Shown: positions 55,858-64,000 of the stretch, piece after piece
How positions within the stretch are numbered: the first letter of the stretch is position 1
How the letters are laid out: every line of letters begins with the position of its first letter
Assembly (NCBI GenBank): GCA_902510025.1
Contig: CABWZX010000001.1
Location: forward strand, 1,133-65,132
DNA length: 64,000 nt
Direction of reading: 5' to 3'
DNA from: an uncultured Pelagibacteraceae bacterium
Lineage (GTDB): Bacteria > Pseudomonadota > Alphaproteobacteria > Pelagibacterales > AG-422-B15
Notes under the pieces: generated by a model
The model's input: only the letters and a program-made list of their open reading frames with translations
What the model was told of the DNA's origin: nothing
The model's database searches: none
Made by a program: the position numbers and the translations under genes

Positions 55858-57041
55858 TACCAAAAGTAGGAATAAGTGAAGGAAAAGAACCTTTATTTTA
55901 TAATGAATCTCACCATGCTTGGAGAGAAGAAGTAAAAAAATTCGTCACCAAAGAAATATTGCCTAATGTTGAGGAGTGGGAGGAAGCTGGCAAATTTCCA
56001 AAAGAATTATATAAAAAAGCAGCTGCTATTGGACTTATGGGTATGGGCTATGACGAAAAATATGGTGGCACTAAAGAAGGCATTGATATTTTTCATGGCA
56101 TTGTAACTGCTGAAGAATTTGCTCAAGGTTGTGGTGGAGTGTCTGCTAGCCTACTCTCTCACAATATTGCTATTCCATTAATTCAAGCACTTGGAACTGA
56201 TGAGCAAAAAGAAAAATATATTCCCCCCGTTGTAAGAGGTGAAAAAATTGCTGCACTTGGAATGACTGAACCTTCCGGTGGATCTGATGTTGCTAGTTTA
56301 AAAACAAAAGCTGTAAGAAAAGGTGATCATTTTATAGTAAATGGATCAAAAATGTACATAACAAGTGGTATGCGGGCAGATACTTTTGTTATAGGTGTCA
56401 GAACAGGAGGAGAAGGTGCCTCAGGAATTTCCGTATTAGTTATAGAAAAAGATACACCGGGTTTCACTCAAACGCCTTTAAAAAAAATGGGTTGGCTTAG
56501 CTCAGATACAGCGGCTCTTTATTTTGATGATTGCAAAGTACCAGTTGAAAATTTAATTGGCGGAGAAAACAGTGGTTGGATTGGTGTAATGGGTAATTTT
56601 AGCCAAGAGAGACTTGGGATGGCAGCCGGCATGAATGCCTATTCTCAAATTTGTATTGACGAAGCTTTAGCTTGGGCAAGAGATAGAAAAACTTTTGGTA
56701 AACCGCTTATTGATAATCAAGTAATCAAACATAAACTTGTTGAGATGACAAGAGTTGTTAGAACATCAAAAGCTTGGACGGAACTCTTATCTTGGAGAGT
56801 GATGAATGGCGAAAGTCCGATTGCGGACCTTGCTATGTTAAAAGTTCATGCAAGTAAAGCTATGGAATTATGTGCAAGAGAAGCAATGCAAATACTAGGT
56901 GGCGCTGGATACATAAGAGCTAACAGTGGACCAGGTCGAGTTGAAAGAATTTATCGAGAAGTTAGAGTGAATGCTATTGGTGGTGGTTCTGAGGAAATAA
57001 TGTATGACTTGGCTGCAAGACAGTTAGGATACAAGTCTTAA
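55854..57041 (+). CDS. Acyl-CoA dehydrogenase
   Basis: 'GMTEPSGGSDV', 'YITSG', and 'GGGSEEIM' near the C-terminal catalytic base. ATGA overlap with the MaoC gene. Confidence 0.9.
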   Translation: MIPKVGISEGKEPLFYNESHHAWREEVKKFVTKEILPNVEEWEEAGKFPKELYKKAAAIGLMGMGYDEKYGGTKEGIDIFHGIVTAEEFAQGCGGVSASLLSHNIAIPLIQALGTDEQKEKYIPPVVRGEKIAALGMTEPSGGSDVASLKTKAVRKGDHFIVNGSKMYITSGMRADTFVIGVRTGGEGASGISVLVIEKDTPGFTQTPLKKMGWLSSDTAALYFDDCKVPVENLIGGENSGWIGVMGNFSQERLGMAAGMNAYSQICIDEALAWARDRKTFGKPLIDNQVIKHKLVEMTRVVRTSKAWTELLSWRVMNGESPIADLAMLKVHASKAMELCAREAMQILGGAGYIRANSGPGRVERIYREVRVNAIGGGSEEIMYDLAARQLGYKS

Positions 57042-58811
57042 TTAAAATTCAGCTACTTCCATATCCATCATTGAAGATTTCCCAGCCTGTACTTTTTTTG
57101 AATACATTGAAAGCTCAGGCATTACTTTCTCCATAAAGTATCTTCCTGTTTTAATCTTATTTTTGTGAATTGGCTCATTCTTGCCAATAGAGAATTTTGC
57201 CATCCTTGCCCACATATATGTCATAGATGTAAGAGCAAGTAGATTTAAGTAGTCTGATGCAGAAGCAAGAGCATTTTCAGGATCTTTTAGACCATTCTGC
57301 ATGAGCCACATAGTAGACGCCATAACCTCTTGAAAGGCGTTTTCTAATGGTTTCATGAAATCTTTTAGATCATCATTATCTTTATTTTCATTAATAAACT
57401 CTTGTATCTCTTTTTGTAAATTCTGTAATAACCTGCCTTGATGCATAGTCAATTTTCTTCCTACAAGATCAAGAGCTTGAATCCCGTTTGTACCTTCATA
57501 AATCAATGTAATTCTAACATCTCGTAAATATTGTTCTAAAGGGTATTCTTTAGTAAATCCACTTCCACCAAGAACCTGTAGAGACTCAGAACAGTTTAAG
57601 AAACCTCTTTCAGTACAATAAGATTTAATTATTGGTGTCATTAAAGCAGCAAAATCATCTGCTGACTGCCTAACACTTTCATCAGGATGATCTTCAGCAA
57701 CATCAATTTTCATTGCTGTATAGATGCATAATGCTCTCATTGCTTCTGTAGTTGATTTAACATTCATCAACATCCTTCTTACATCTGGATGTACAATAAT
57801 ATTATCTGCTTTACTGCTCTTATCCTGCTTCTCTTTAACTACCGACCTCATTTGCTTTCTATCTTTTGCATATTCCAAAGCATTTTGGTAAGAAATCTCT
57901 GACATTGCTATTCCTTGTAAGCCAACCTTGAGTCTTGCATCGTTCATCATAAGGAACATTGCTTCCATCCCTTTATTTTCTTCACCAACAAGCCAGCCTT
58001 TAGCATCTTCAAGATTCATAACACAAGTAGGAGATGAATTAATTCCGAGCTTATGTTCTAACCCACCACAAAAAATTGTATTACGAGAATTATCCTCAAG
58101 TCTTTTTGGAACAAGAAATAAACTAATTCCTTTAATTCCTTCGGGAGCATCAGGAAGTCTAGCTAACACAAGATGGATAATATTTTCAGTTAGATCGTGC
58201 TCACCGAAAGAAATCCAAATTTTTTGACCATTCAAAATAAAATGATCATCCTCAGGAACTGCAGATGACTTAATTAAACCTAAATCTGTCCCACACTGAG
58301 GCTCTGTTAAACACATAGTTCCCATCCACTCACCTGAAATCATCTTAGGAAGATACGTTTCTTTAAGCTTAGAACTAGCTTTTTTAAGTATAGCCTTCAT
58401 AGCTCCATGGCTAAGTCCGGGCCCCATGTAAAAGGCCATATTAGAGGCAATCCCTATCTCGCCAGAAAGTATTGCTGTAGTAAAAGGCGCGCCGCCACCG
58501 CCATACTCTACTGGCATGGTGGCACCAACATATCCTGAATCTCTTACTATCTTATATAATGACTTATAGCTATCTGGTGTCTGGACTTCAGGTCCTTCCT
58601 TGCCATTAGTTATATATTTTAAACCTTCTCTATCCCCAATCTTATTGCTAGACAATGCTTCTTGCTCATTTAAACGACCAATCTCACTGACTATGCTAAG
58701 CAACGTTTCGGCATCATAATCCTTAAACTTGTCTATATTTGATACTATAGAATCATAATTGAGCATCTCTAGATTGTATTTGAAATCTTCTATTGGTGTT
58801 TTGTAGACCAT
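57042..58811 (-). CDS. Long-form acyl-CoA dehydrogenase with C-terminal extension
   Basis: 'CLTEPQCGTDL' and 'IYEGTNGIQ'. 589 aa with an extra C-terminal helical domain. Confidence 0.85.
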   Translation of the reverse strand: MVYKTPIEDFKYNLEMLNYDSIVSNIDKFKDYDAETLLSIVSEIGRLNEQEALSSNKIGDREGLKYITNGKEGPEVQTPDSYKSLYKIVRDSGYVGATMPVEYGGGGAPFTTAILSGEIGIASNMAFYMGPGLSHGAMKAILKKASSKLKETYLPKMISGEWMGTMCLTEPQCGTDLGLIKSSAVPEDDHFILNGQKIWISFGEHDLTENIIHLVLARLPDAPEGIKGISLFLVPKRLEDNSRNTIFCGGLEHKLGINSSPTCVMNLEDAKGWLVGEENKGMEAMFLMMNDARLKVGLQGIAMSEISYQNALEYAKDRKQMRSVVKEKQDKSSKADNIIVHPDVRRMLMNVKSTTEAMRALCIYTAMKIDVAEDHPDESVRQSADDFAALMTPIIKSYCTERGFLNCSESLQVLGGSGFTKEYPLEQYLRDVRITLIYEGTNGIQALDLVGRKLTMHQGRLLQNLQKEIQEFINENKDNDDLKDFMKPLENAFQEVMASTMWLMQNGLKDPENALASASDYLNLLALTSMTYMWARMAKFSIGKNEPIHKNKIKTGRYFMEKVMPELSMYSKKVQAGKSSMMDMEVAEF

Positions 58812-58827
58812 TGGGACTAGTAATTTT

Positions 58828-58910
58828 TTGTTAGTATATTATATAAGTATATATATATTATATATTTCAAGGTTAAAAATTATATAAATCTTTGTCTAAA
58901 ATACTAACAA
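58828..58910. repeat. 10-bp perfect inverted repeat flanking a TA-rich spacer in a divergent promoter region
   Basis: TTGTTAGTAT (58828-58837) and ATACTAACAA (58901-58910), 12/13 if extended, separated by 63 nt rich in (TA)n. Confidence 0.6.
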
Positions 58911-58968
58911 ACTCTTATCCTGGAACCATTTTCTGTCTAGGAATGGAGTGTGTGGCTAGAATAAATTT

Positions 58969-59892
58969 ATGAGTATTTATCTGCCAATCGCAGAACTTTC
59001 AGTAAATCTATTTGTTCTTCTTTCCCTTGGCGGCATTGTTGGTTTTCTTTCAGGAATGTTTGGCCTAGGTGGAGGATTCCTTATGACTCCGCTTCTTATA
59101 TTTATGGGCATACCTACGAATGTAGCTGTTGCAACTTCAGCTAATCAGATAGTTGCATCCTCTATTTCTGGAACAATTGGTCATTGGAGGCAAGGACTCG
59201 TTGATTTCAAGATGGGAGGTGTATTATTAATTGGTTCTGTTTTTGGATCTATTTTAGGTATTTGGATTTTTAAAACACTTGTTGCATCTGGTCAAATTGA
59301 AACAGTCATATCAATACTCTATTTTACACTTTTAACTTCTATTGGAACATTGATGCTTATTGAAAGCTCTCAGGTTATTCGTGACCGGATAAGAAAAAAA
59401 ACAGTTAAAAAAAAGATACACTATCATAACTGGGCGCATAGATTGCCGTTTAAAGTCAGATTCTATAAATCTAAGTTATATATTAGTATTATACCTCCAA
59501 TTATAATTGGATTTTTCATTGGTGTGCTTTCTGCAACTATGGGAATTGGAGGATCCTTTATTCTTATTCCTGCAATGATTTACTTTCTTGGCATGCCAAC
59601 ATCAAAAGTTATTGGCACATCATTATTCCAAATCATTTTTATTACCGCTATCATTACACTATTACACACAACAACAACTTTTGCCGTTGATGCTATTCTA
59701 GCTTTCTTCTTAATAATTTCTTCAGTAATTGGGGCACAATTAGGGGTATTGGCAGCAAATAAACTAAGAGGTGAAGAGATTAGAGCGCTGTTAGCTGTAA
59801 TAGTCTTAGTTGTTGCTGTAAAAATTGCGTTGGATCTTCTAGTACCACCTGAAGAAGTATTTAATTTGTCAGTTTTGAGGGTAATATTTTGA
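58969..59892 (+). CDS. TauE/SafE (TSUP) family anion exporter-like membrane protein
   Basis: Two homologous 4-TM halves with Gly-rich 'GGIVGFLSGMFGLGGGFLMTP' and 'SATMGIGGSFILIPA'. Confidence 0.8.
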   Translation: MSIYLPIAELSVNLFVLLSLGGIVGFLSGMFGLGGGFLMTPLLIFMGIPTNVAVATSANQIVASSISGTIGHWRQGLVDFKMGGVLLIGSVFGSILGIWIFKTLVASGQIETVISILYFTLLTSIGTLMLIESSQVIRDRIRKKTVKKKIHYHNWAHRLPFKVRFYKSKLYISIIPPIIIGFFIGVLSATMGIGGSFILIPAMIYFLGMPTSKVIGTSLFQIIFITAIITLLHTTTTFAVDAILAFFLIISSVIGAQLGVLAANKLRGEEIRALLAVIVLVVAVKIALDLLVPPEEVFNLSVLRVIF

Positions 59893-60680
59893 TGCACATT
59901 AAATCTAGCATAATATCTATTATTCTATTTCTAACATTAACCTTTAATGTAACTGCGTTAGTAATTGGTTCAGACGATGAAGAGATACTAATTGATGCTA
60001 ATTTTTCCGGTCAGGATTTATTAGTATTTGGAGCTTTCTATGCAGATCCATCTCAACCAAGAGATGAAAAAGGTGATCTCTTAATTGAGGTTGTTGGACC
60101 CTCTGAAGATGTTATGTTGAGAAAAAAGAAATCTTTTATAGGTTTTTGGTTAAATGCATACCAGGTTGAATTCAGAGATATTCCAGGATTTTATTATCTA
60201 TCAAGCACATCTGAGATAGATGATGAATTTCTTGATCAAAATAATATAGGAATACTTAAAGCTAAAAGATCATCTGAAATTGATTGGAGTTCACTTACTA
60301 TCAATTGGGGTGGATTGGATTCTGAAACTGATAAAAAAGAATTTAATGAAGCTTTAATTAGAACTAAGACTCAAGAGAGCCTATATAAAGAAACTGACAA
60401 TGAAATTGAAATATTGGATGGAAACTTATTTAAAACAAGTATTCATATTCCAAATACAGTGCCGGTTGGGAAATATGATGTAAATGTTTATTTAATTATT
60501 GATGAAAAAATAACAAAGCAATATTCATATCATTTCACTGTTACAAGAATTGGAATAGAAGAAGCCATATACAATTTTGCTTTCGATTTTCCTTTACTTT
60601 ATGGAATCATTTCACTCACAATTGCAGTAATTACTGGATGGAGCGGAGCGGAGCTATTTAGAAGATTTAGAAAAAGCTAA
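59889..60680 (+). CDS. Exported protein with C-terminal TM anchor (TIGR02186/Alph_Pro_TM-like)
   Basis: Signal peptide and a C-terminal TM 'LLYGIISLTIAVITGW'. ATGA overlap with the TauE gene. Family assignment is from memory only. Confidence 0.45.
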   Translation: MMHIKSSIISIILFLTLTFNVTALVIGSDDEEILIDANFSGQDLLVFGAFYADPSQPRDEKGDLLIEVVGPSEDVMLRKKKSFIGFWLNAYQVEFRDIPGFYYLSSTSEIDDEFLDQNNIGILKAKRSSEIDWSSLTINWGGLDSETDKKEFNEALIRTKTQESLYKETDNEIEILDGNLFKTSIHIPNTVPVGKYDVNVYLIIDEKITKQYSYHFTVTRIGIEEAIYNFAFDFPLLYGIISLTIAVITGWSGAELFRRFRKS

Positions 60681-61409
60681 ATGGAAGGAATTTCTTATTT
60701 TTATGTTCTGCTTGCAGGGTTCTTAAGTTTCTTATCTCCTTGCGTTTTACCTATTGTTCCTGGTTACTTATGTTTTATTGCAGGTACATCCTTAGATAAA
60801 GCATTGGATAATAAAGAAGTCCAAAGATCAAATATCCTTAAATATGCAATAAGTTTTGTATTTGGATTCTCTACGGTCTTTGTACTTATGGGAGCTTCAG
60901 CGACCTATCTAAGTGGCTTATTATATGAATATTTTGACTATTTAAGAATAATTGGTGGAATCATAATTATCGTCTTTGGTATTCATTTTACTCAACTAAT
61001 ACAGCTGCCATTCTTAAATAGCGATACAAGAATACAAATAAATAATTACAAACCAGGATTAATTGGATCATTTATAGTTGGACTTTCTTTTGCATTTGGT
61101 TGGACTCCTTGTATTGGTCCAATTCTTGGTAGCGTGCTGTCAGTCGCTGCCACATCAGAAAATATAGCTGAAGGCACATTCTTGCTCGTGCTTTATTCTG
61201 CAGGACTTGGGGTACCTTTTATAATTGCAGCATATGGTATCGGAGCATTCCTAAAATTCTTATCCAAAATAAGGAAATATATTAGAACTATAGAAATTTT
61301 CACTGGACTCTTGCTAATTTTATTTGGAATCCTTATTCTCACTAATCGTATTCAAGAACTAGCGTTCTTTTTTATTAAATATTTGCCGTTTTTAACACAA
61401 ATTGGATAA
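60681..61409 (+). CDS. ccdA: Cytochrome c biogenesis thiol-disulfide transporter CcdA/DsbD-family
   Basis: 'FLSPCVLPIVPGYL' and second Cys motif 'FGWTPCIGPILG'. Six TM. Confidence 0.85.
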   Translation: MEGISYFYVLLAGFLSFLSPCVLPIVPGYLCFIAGTSLDKALDNKEVQRSNILKYAISFVFGFSTVFVLMGASATYLSGLLYEYFDYLRIIGGIIIIVFGIHFTQLIQLPFLNSDTRIQINNYKPGLIGSFIVGLSFAFGWTPCIGPILGSVLSVAATSENIAEGTFLLVLYSAGLGVPFIIAAYGIGAFLKFLSKIRKYIRTIEIFTGLLLILFGILILTNRIQELAFFFIKYLPFLTQIG

Positions 61410-61419
61410 GGAGTTTTAA

Positions 61420-62295
61420 ATGTTTCAAAAAGATCTTTTTAATGGGAAAAAAATCTTAGTCACTGGAGGAGGCACTGGTCTTGGGAAAGCCATGGCTTCA
61501 AGGTATCTCCAATTAGGAGCAGATATATACATATGTGGAAGAAGAAAGAGTGTTCTTGATGAATGTGCAAATGAGATGATGAAAGAGCATGGAGGTAATG
61601 TTAAAACGATTTCCTGTGACATTAAAGTACCTGAAGCTATAGAAGATATGATTGATGAAATATGGAAGGATGGGCCTCTTACAGGATTAGTAAATAATGC
61701 AGCAGGAAATTTTATTTCACGAACAGAAGACCTGTCACCTAGGGCTTTTAATGCAATTTCAAATATTGTTTTTAATGGAACATTCTACACAACAAATATT
61801 GTTGGAAGACGTTGGCTTAAAGAAAAAATTAAAGGAAGTGTAATTTCAATACTCACCACATGGGTATATAGCAGTGGGCCTTTTACTGTTCCATCTGCAA
61901 TGTCAAAGTCTGGTCTAGCTACGATGACAAAATCTTTAGCTGCAGAATGGGGCAATAGAGGAATTCGTTTGAATGCAATTGCACCAGGACCTTTTCCAAC
62001 TAAAGGAGCGTGGGATAGGCTTGCTCCAGGAGATAAAGGTAAAGGAATGATGGATTCTATACCAATGAAACGAACAGGAGAACTTGATGAATTAGCAAAC
62101 CTAGCAGCTTTTTTAATGGCTGACGGATGTGAGTACCTAACTGGAGAAATAGTAACGATTGATGGCGGTCAATGGTTAAACCATGCGGGAAATTTCTATG
62201 ACATGCTTAAAGGAGTTTCAGATGAAGAATGGGAGCAATTAAGAAATATGATTAAATCATCAAATGAATCAGATAAGGCAAAAAGATCAGTTTAA
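61420..62295 (+). CDS. Short-chain dehydrogenase/reductase, 2,4-dienoyl-CoA reductase-like
   Basis: 'VTGGGTGLGKAMA' cofactor motif, 'NNAAGNF', and a DECR-type active-site region 'SAMSKSG'. Confidence 0.8.
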   Translation: MFQKDLFNGKKILVTGGGTGLGKAMASRYLQLGADIYICGRRKSVLDECANEMMKEHGGNVKTISCDIKVPEAIEDMIDEIWKDGPLTGLVNNAAGNFISRTEDLSPRAFNAISNIVFNGTFYTTNIVGRRWLKEKIKGSVISILTTWVYSSGPFTVPSAMSKSGLATMTKSLAAEWGNRGIRLNAIAPGPFPTKGAWDRLAPGDKGKGMMDSIPMKRTGELDELANLAAFLMADGCEYLTGEIVTIDGGQWLNHAGNFYDMLKGVSDEEWEQLRNMIKSSNESDKAKRSV

Positions 62296-63093
62296 AAATG
62301 TATCTTTGAACATTCGCTTACTTAAGAACCTTATAAGTGAAGGACATAAATTCATAAAAAATGATGCAAACTTGCCCTCAAATCCCAAAGGATTATGTAT
62401 TTTTTTATTAGTGTATGAATGCCAAACAGCGTCGGCAACTTGTTCGACAGGATAAATCTTTGTTCTTTCATTAACAAAATCCTTATCCCATGGGCTCTCC
62501 ATATTTTCTGAAACTTGTTTTGCTTCAAGTATAGGAGTATCTGTAAACCATGGGTTTATCTCAGAAACCCTTATATTATACCGTTCAAACTCTATTCGCA
62601 ATGACTCGGTAAGACCTCTAACTGCAAACTTTGTGGCTCCATAAACTGATATTCCTGGAGCGGGAACAAGTCCTGCAATAGAACATGTATTTAATAAAAC
62701 ACTATTCTTCGTGCTTTTTAATAAATTTAACATTGTTAAGCAGCCATTAACTACACCTTTAAAATTAACATCAATTATCTTATTTATTTCTTCTGAAGGA
62801 ACATCCTCAAATTTCCCAGCAAAATTTGCTATACCTGCATTATTAAAAAATAGATCACATTTACCTCCTGAAAAATTAGAAAAATTTTCCTCAGCAGATT
62901 TCCATTCATCAATTTTTGTTACATCTAGTTTTTGATACATACACATATTATGACCAATTTCTTTAGCAACAGATTCTAAACCTTTTTCGTTAATATCAAA
63001 TAATCCAACATTCCAACCTTTCTTAGCAAAAAGAATTGCTGTAGCCTTTCCAATACCTGAGGCAGCCCCTGTAATAAAAATACTTTTCTTCAA
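62287..63093 (-). CDS. Short-chain dehydrogenase/reductase
   Basis: 'ITGAASGIGKATA' and 'YGATKFAV' (YxxxK). I place the start at TTG 63093 (giving MKKSIFITGAASG), 1 nt after the TetR stop, rather than the listed 63177. Confidence 0.8.
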   Translation of the reverse strand: MKKSIFITGAASGIGKATAILFAKKGWNVGLFDINEKGLESVAKEIGHNMCMYQKLDVTKIDEWKSAEENFSNFSGGKCDLFFNNAGIANFAGKFEDVPSEEINKIIDVNFKGVVNGCLTMLNLLKSTKNSVLLNTCSIAGLVPAPGISVYGATKFAVRGLTESLRIEFERYNIRVSEINPWFTDTPILEAKQVSENMESPWDKDFVNERTKIYPVEQVADAVWHSYTNKKIHNPLGFEGKFASFFMNLCPSLIRFLSKRMFKDTFLN

Positions 63094-63094
63094 A

Positions 63095-63709
63095 TTAAAG
63101 TCCTTTAACAAATAATTTCGTTGCAAAAGCGGTGGCATCTTCGGGAGTGATATCTTGTCTTGATAATATCTCATCACCTAGACTTGTTGCGATAGCTATT
63201 ACAGAGGTTATCATAAATGAAATGTCATTATTTGGAAATTCTGTTTTTTTTGAAAGATCCATAATCACTTTAAAAACATTATTATAAAAAATTTTATATT
63301 CTTTAGATCTTGAGCTCAGCCACTTCAGATCAAGTAGGTATTTCTTGTTATTCTTAATGAATAAATGATCATTTTCCTTGTCCGAGATCCAGTTAAACCA
63401 TGTACTAAAAGCTATTTGAATTATTTCTTCAAATGTGGTTGATTTTTGAATTTCTTGGAGAAAGTTATGACTAAAATCTGCAACAATTCTTTCATTAATA
63501 GATTTGAATACACTTAATTTATCAGGAAAATAATTATAAAAAGTTCCTGCTCCAAGATTTGTAGAACCTATAATTTCTCTTACACTTGAATTGTCATAAC
63601 CTTTTCTTGCAAAAACTACACGGGCTGAATTTATAATGATTGCTCTATTCTGTCTTTTTTTAATCTGCCTTTTTCTCTTCTCATATGGCACATTTTCTAA
63701 AGTTGTCAT
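63095..63709 (-). CDS. TetR/AcrR-family transcriptional regulator
   Basis: N-terminal HTH 'FARKGYDNSSVREIIGSTNLGAGTFYNYFPDK'. ATGA overlap with the upstream pyrD. Confidence 0.8.
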   Translation of the reverse strand: MTTLENVPYEKRKRQIKKRQNRAIIINSARVVFARKGYDNSSVREIIGSTNLGAGTFYNYFPDKLSVFKSINERIVADFSHNFLQEIQKSTTFEEIIQIAFSTWFNWISDKENDHLFIKNNKKYLLDLKWLSSRSKEYKIFYNNVFKVIMDLSKKTEFPNNDISFMITSVIAIATSLGDEILSRQDITPEDATAFATKLFVKGL

Positions 63710-64000
63710 TTTATTTCAATACCCACTGCTTCTTTTACATTAGAGAAACCATCGTTTCTTAAAAAAGTGGATAATTTTTGATTCATTTCATTGATAAATC
63801 GAAGATTATTATAAGTGAGAGCAGAATAAATTTGAACCAATGAAGCTCCTATCTTTATTTTTTCATAAACATCTTGAGCTCTCTCAATTCCTCCAACTCC
63901 AATCAGCATAAGTTCACCTTGTGTTTCTTTAGATATAAATTTTAAAACTTTATTTGATTGTTCTTTAATGGGAGCTCCAGATAGTCCTCCTGATTGATTC
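63706..64000 (-). CDS. pyrD: Dihydroorotate dehydrogenase (quinone), C-terminal part, truncated by window edge
   Basis: 'GGLSGAPIKEQS...LIGVGGIERAQDVYEKIKIGASLVQIYSALTY' is the conserved class-2 DHODH C-terminus. The frame stays open to nt 64000. Confidence 0.8.
   Translation of the reverse strand, partial: NQSGGLSGAPIKEQSNKVLKFISKETQGELMLIGVGGIERAQDVYEKIKIGASLVQIYSALTYNNLRFINEMNQKLSTFLRNDGFSNVKEAVGIEIK

Noticed and set aside
63094-63177. Listed N-terminal extension of the SDR (start at 63177), overlapping the TetR gene by 83 nt.
   Set aside because: The extension precedes the canonical SDR N-terminus. A TTG at 63093 gives 'MKKSIFITGAASG', 1 nt after the TetR stop, which fits the coupling pattern seen elsewhere in the window.
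1-64000. Search for CRISPR arrays, rRNA/tRNA genes and long direct repeats.
   Set aside because: Reading the intergenic regions showed no regularly spaced repeat-spacer pattern, no rRNA-like conserved blocks and no cloverleaf candidates. Apart from the 31-nt cassette and the 10-bp inverted repeat, I found no repeat longer than about 12 nt by eye. A computational repeat scan would be needed for certainty.

Overview
This is a very AT-rich (about 30% GC by eye), tightly packed bacterial chromosome segment. Many neighbouring genes overlap by 1-14 nt or are separated by under 20 nt. I found no rRNA, tRNA, CRISPR array, transposase or integrase. Composition, packing and gene content suggest a streamlined marine alphaproteobacterium of the SAR11/Pelagibacterales type; this is inference only, since no search was run. 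The main theme is methylated-amine, one-carbon and nitrogen scavenging. It includes a PotA/PotD-like ABC importer, an Amt transporter and betaine-homocysteine methyltransferase behind a candidate tandem SAM-II/SAM-V-like leader. It also includes a betaine-family ABC importer (tmoXWV-like) divergent from a flavin monooxygenase (tmm-like), and a DUF1989+GcvT protein (tdm-like) coupled to a cupin and an MFS transporter. Further along are an orphan DAO flavoprotein, heterotetrameric sarcosine-oxidase-family genes (soxBDAG/mgdABCD-like), agmatine deiminase, and a glutamine-synthetase-family ligase (gmaS-like) followed by a 2OG/Fe(II) oxygenase. The second half holds redox and transport genes, a compact esterase-GPH symporter-galactokinase-GH1 operon, a beta-oxidation cluster, TauE/CcdA membrane genes, and a pyrD-tetR-SDR string. 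The least explained stretch is about 33.6-37.7 kb, between soxG and aguA. It has eight small ORFs, mostly membrane or secreted, with no domain I recognise except a DUF805-like N-terminus. It is preceded by an atypically GC-rich non-coding stretch and carries a duplicated 31-nt promoter-like cassette. All product calls rest on motifs read by eye from the supplied translations, with no alignments or database searches.
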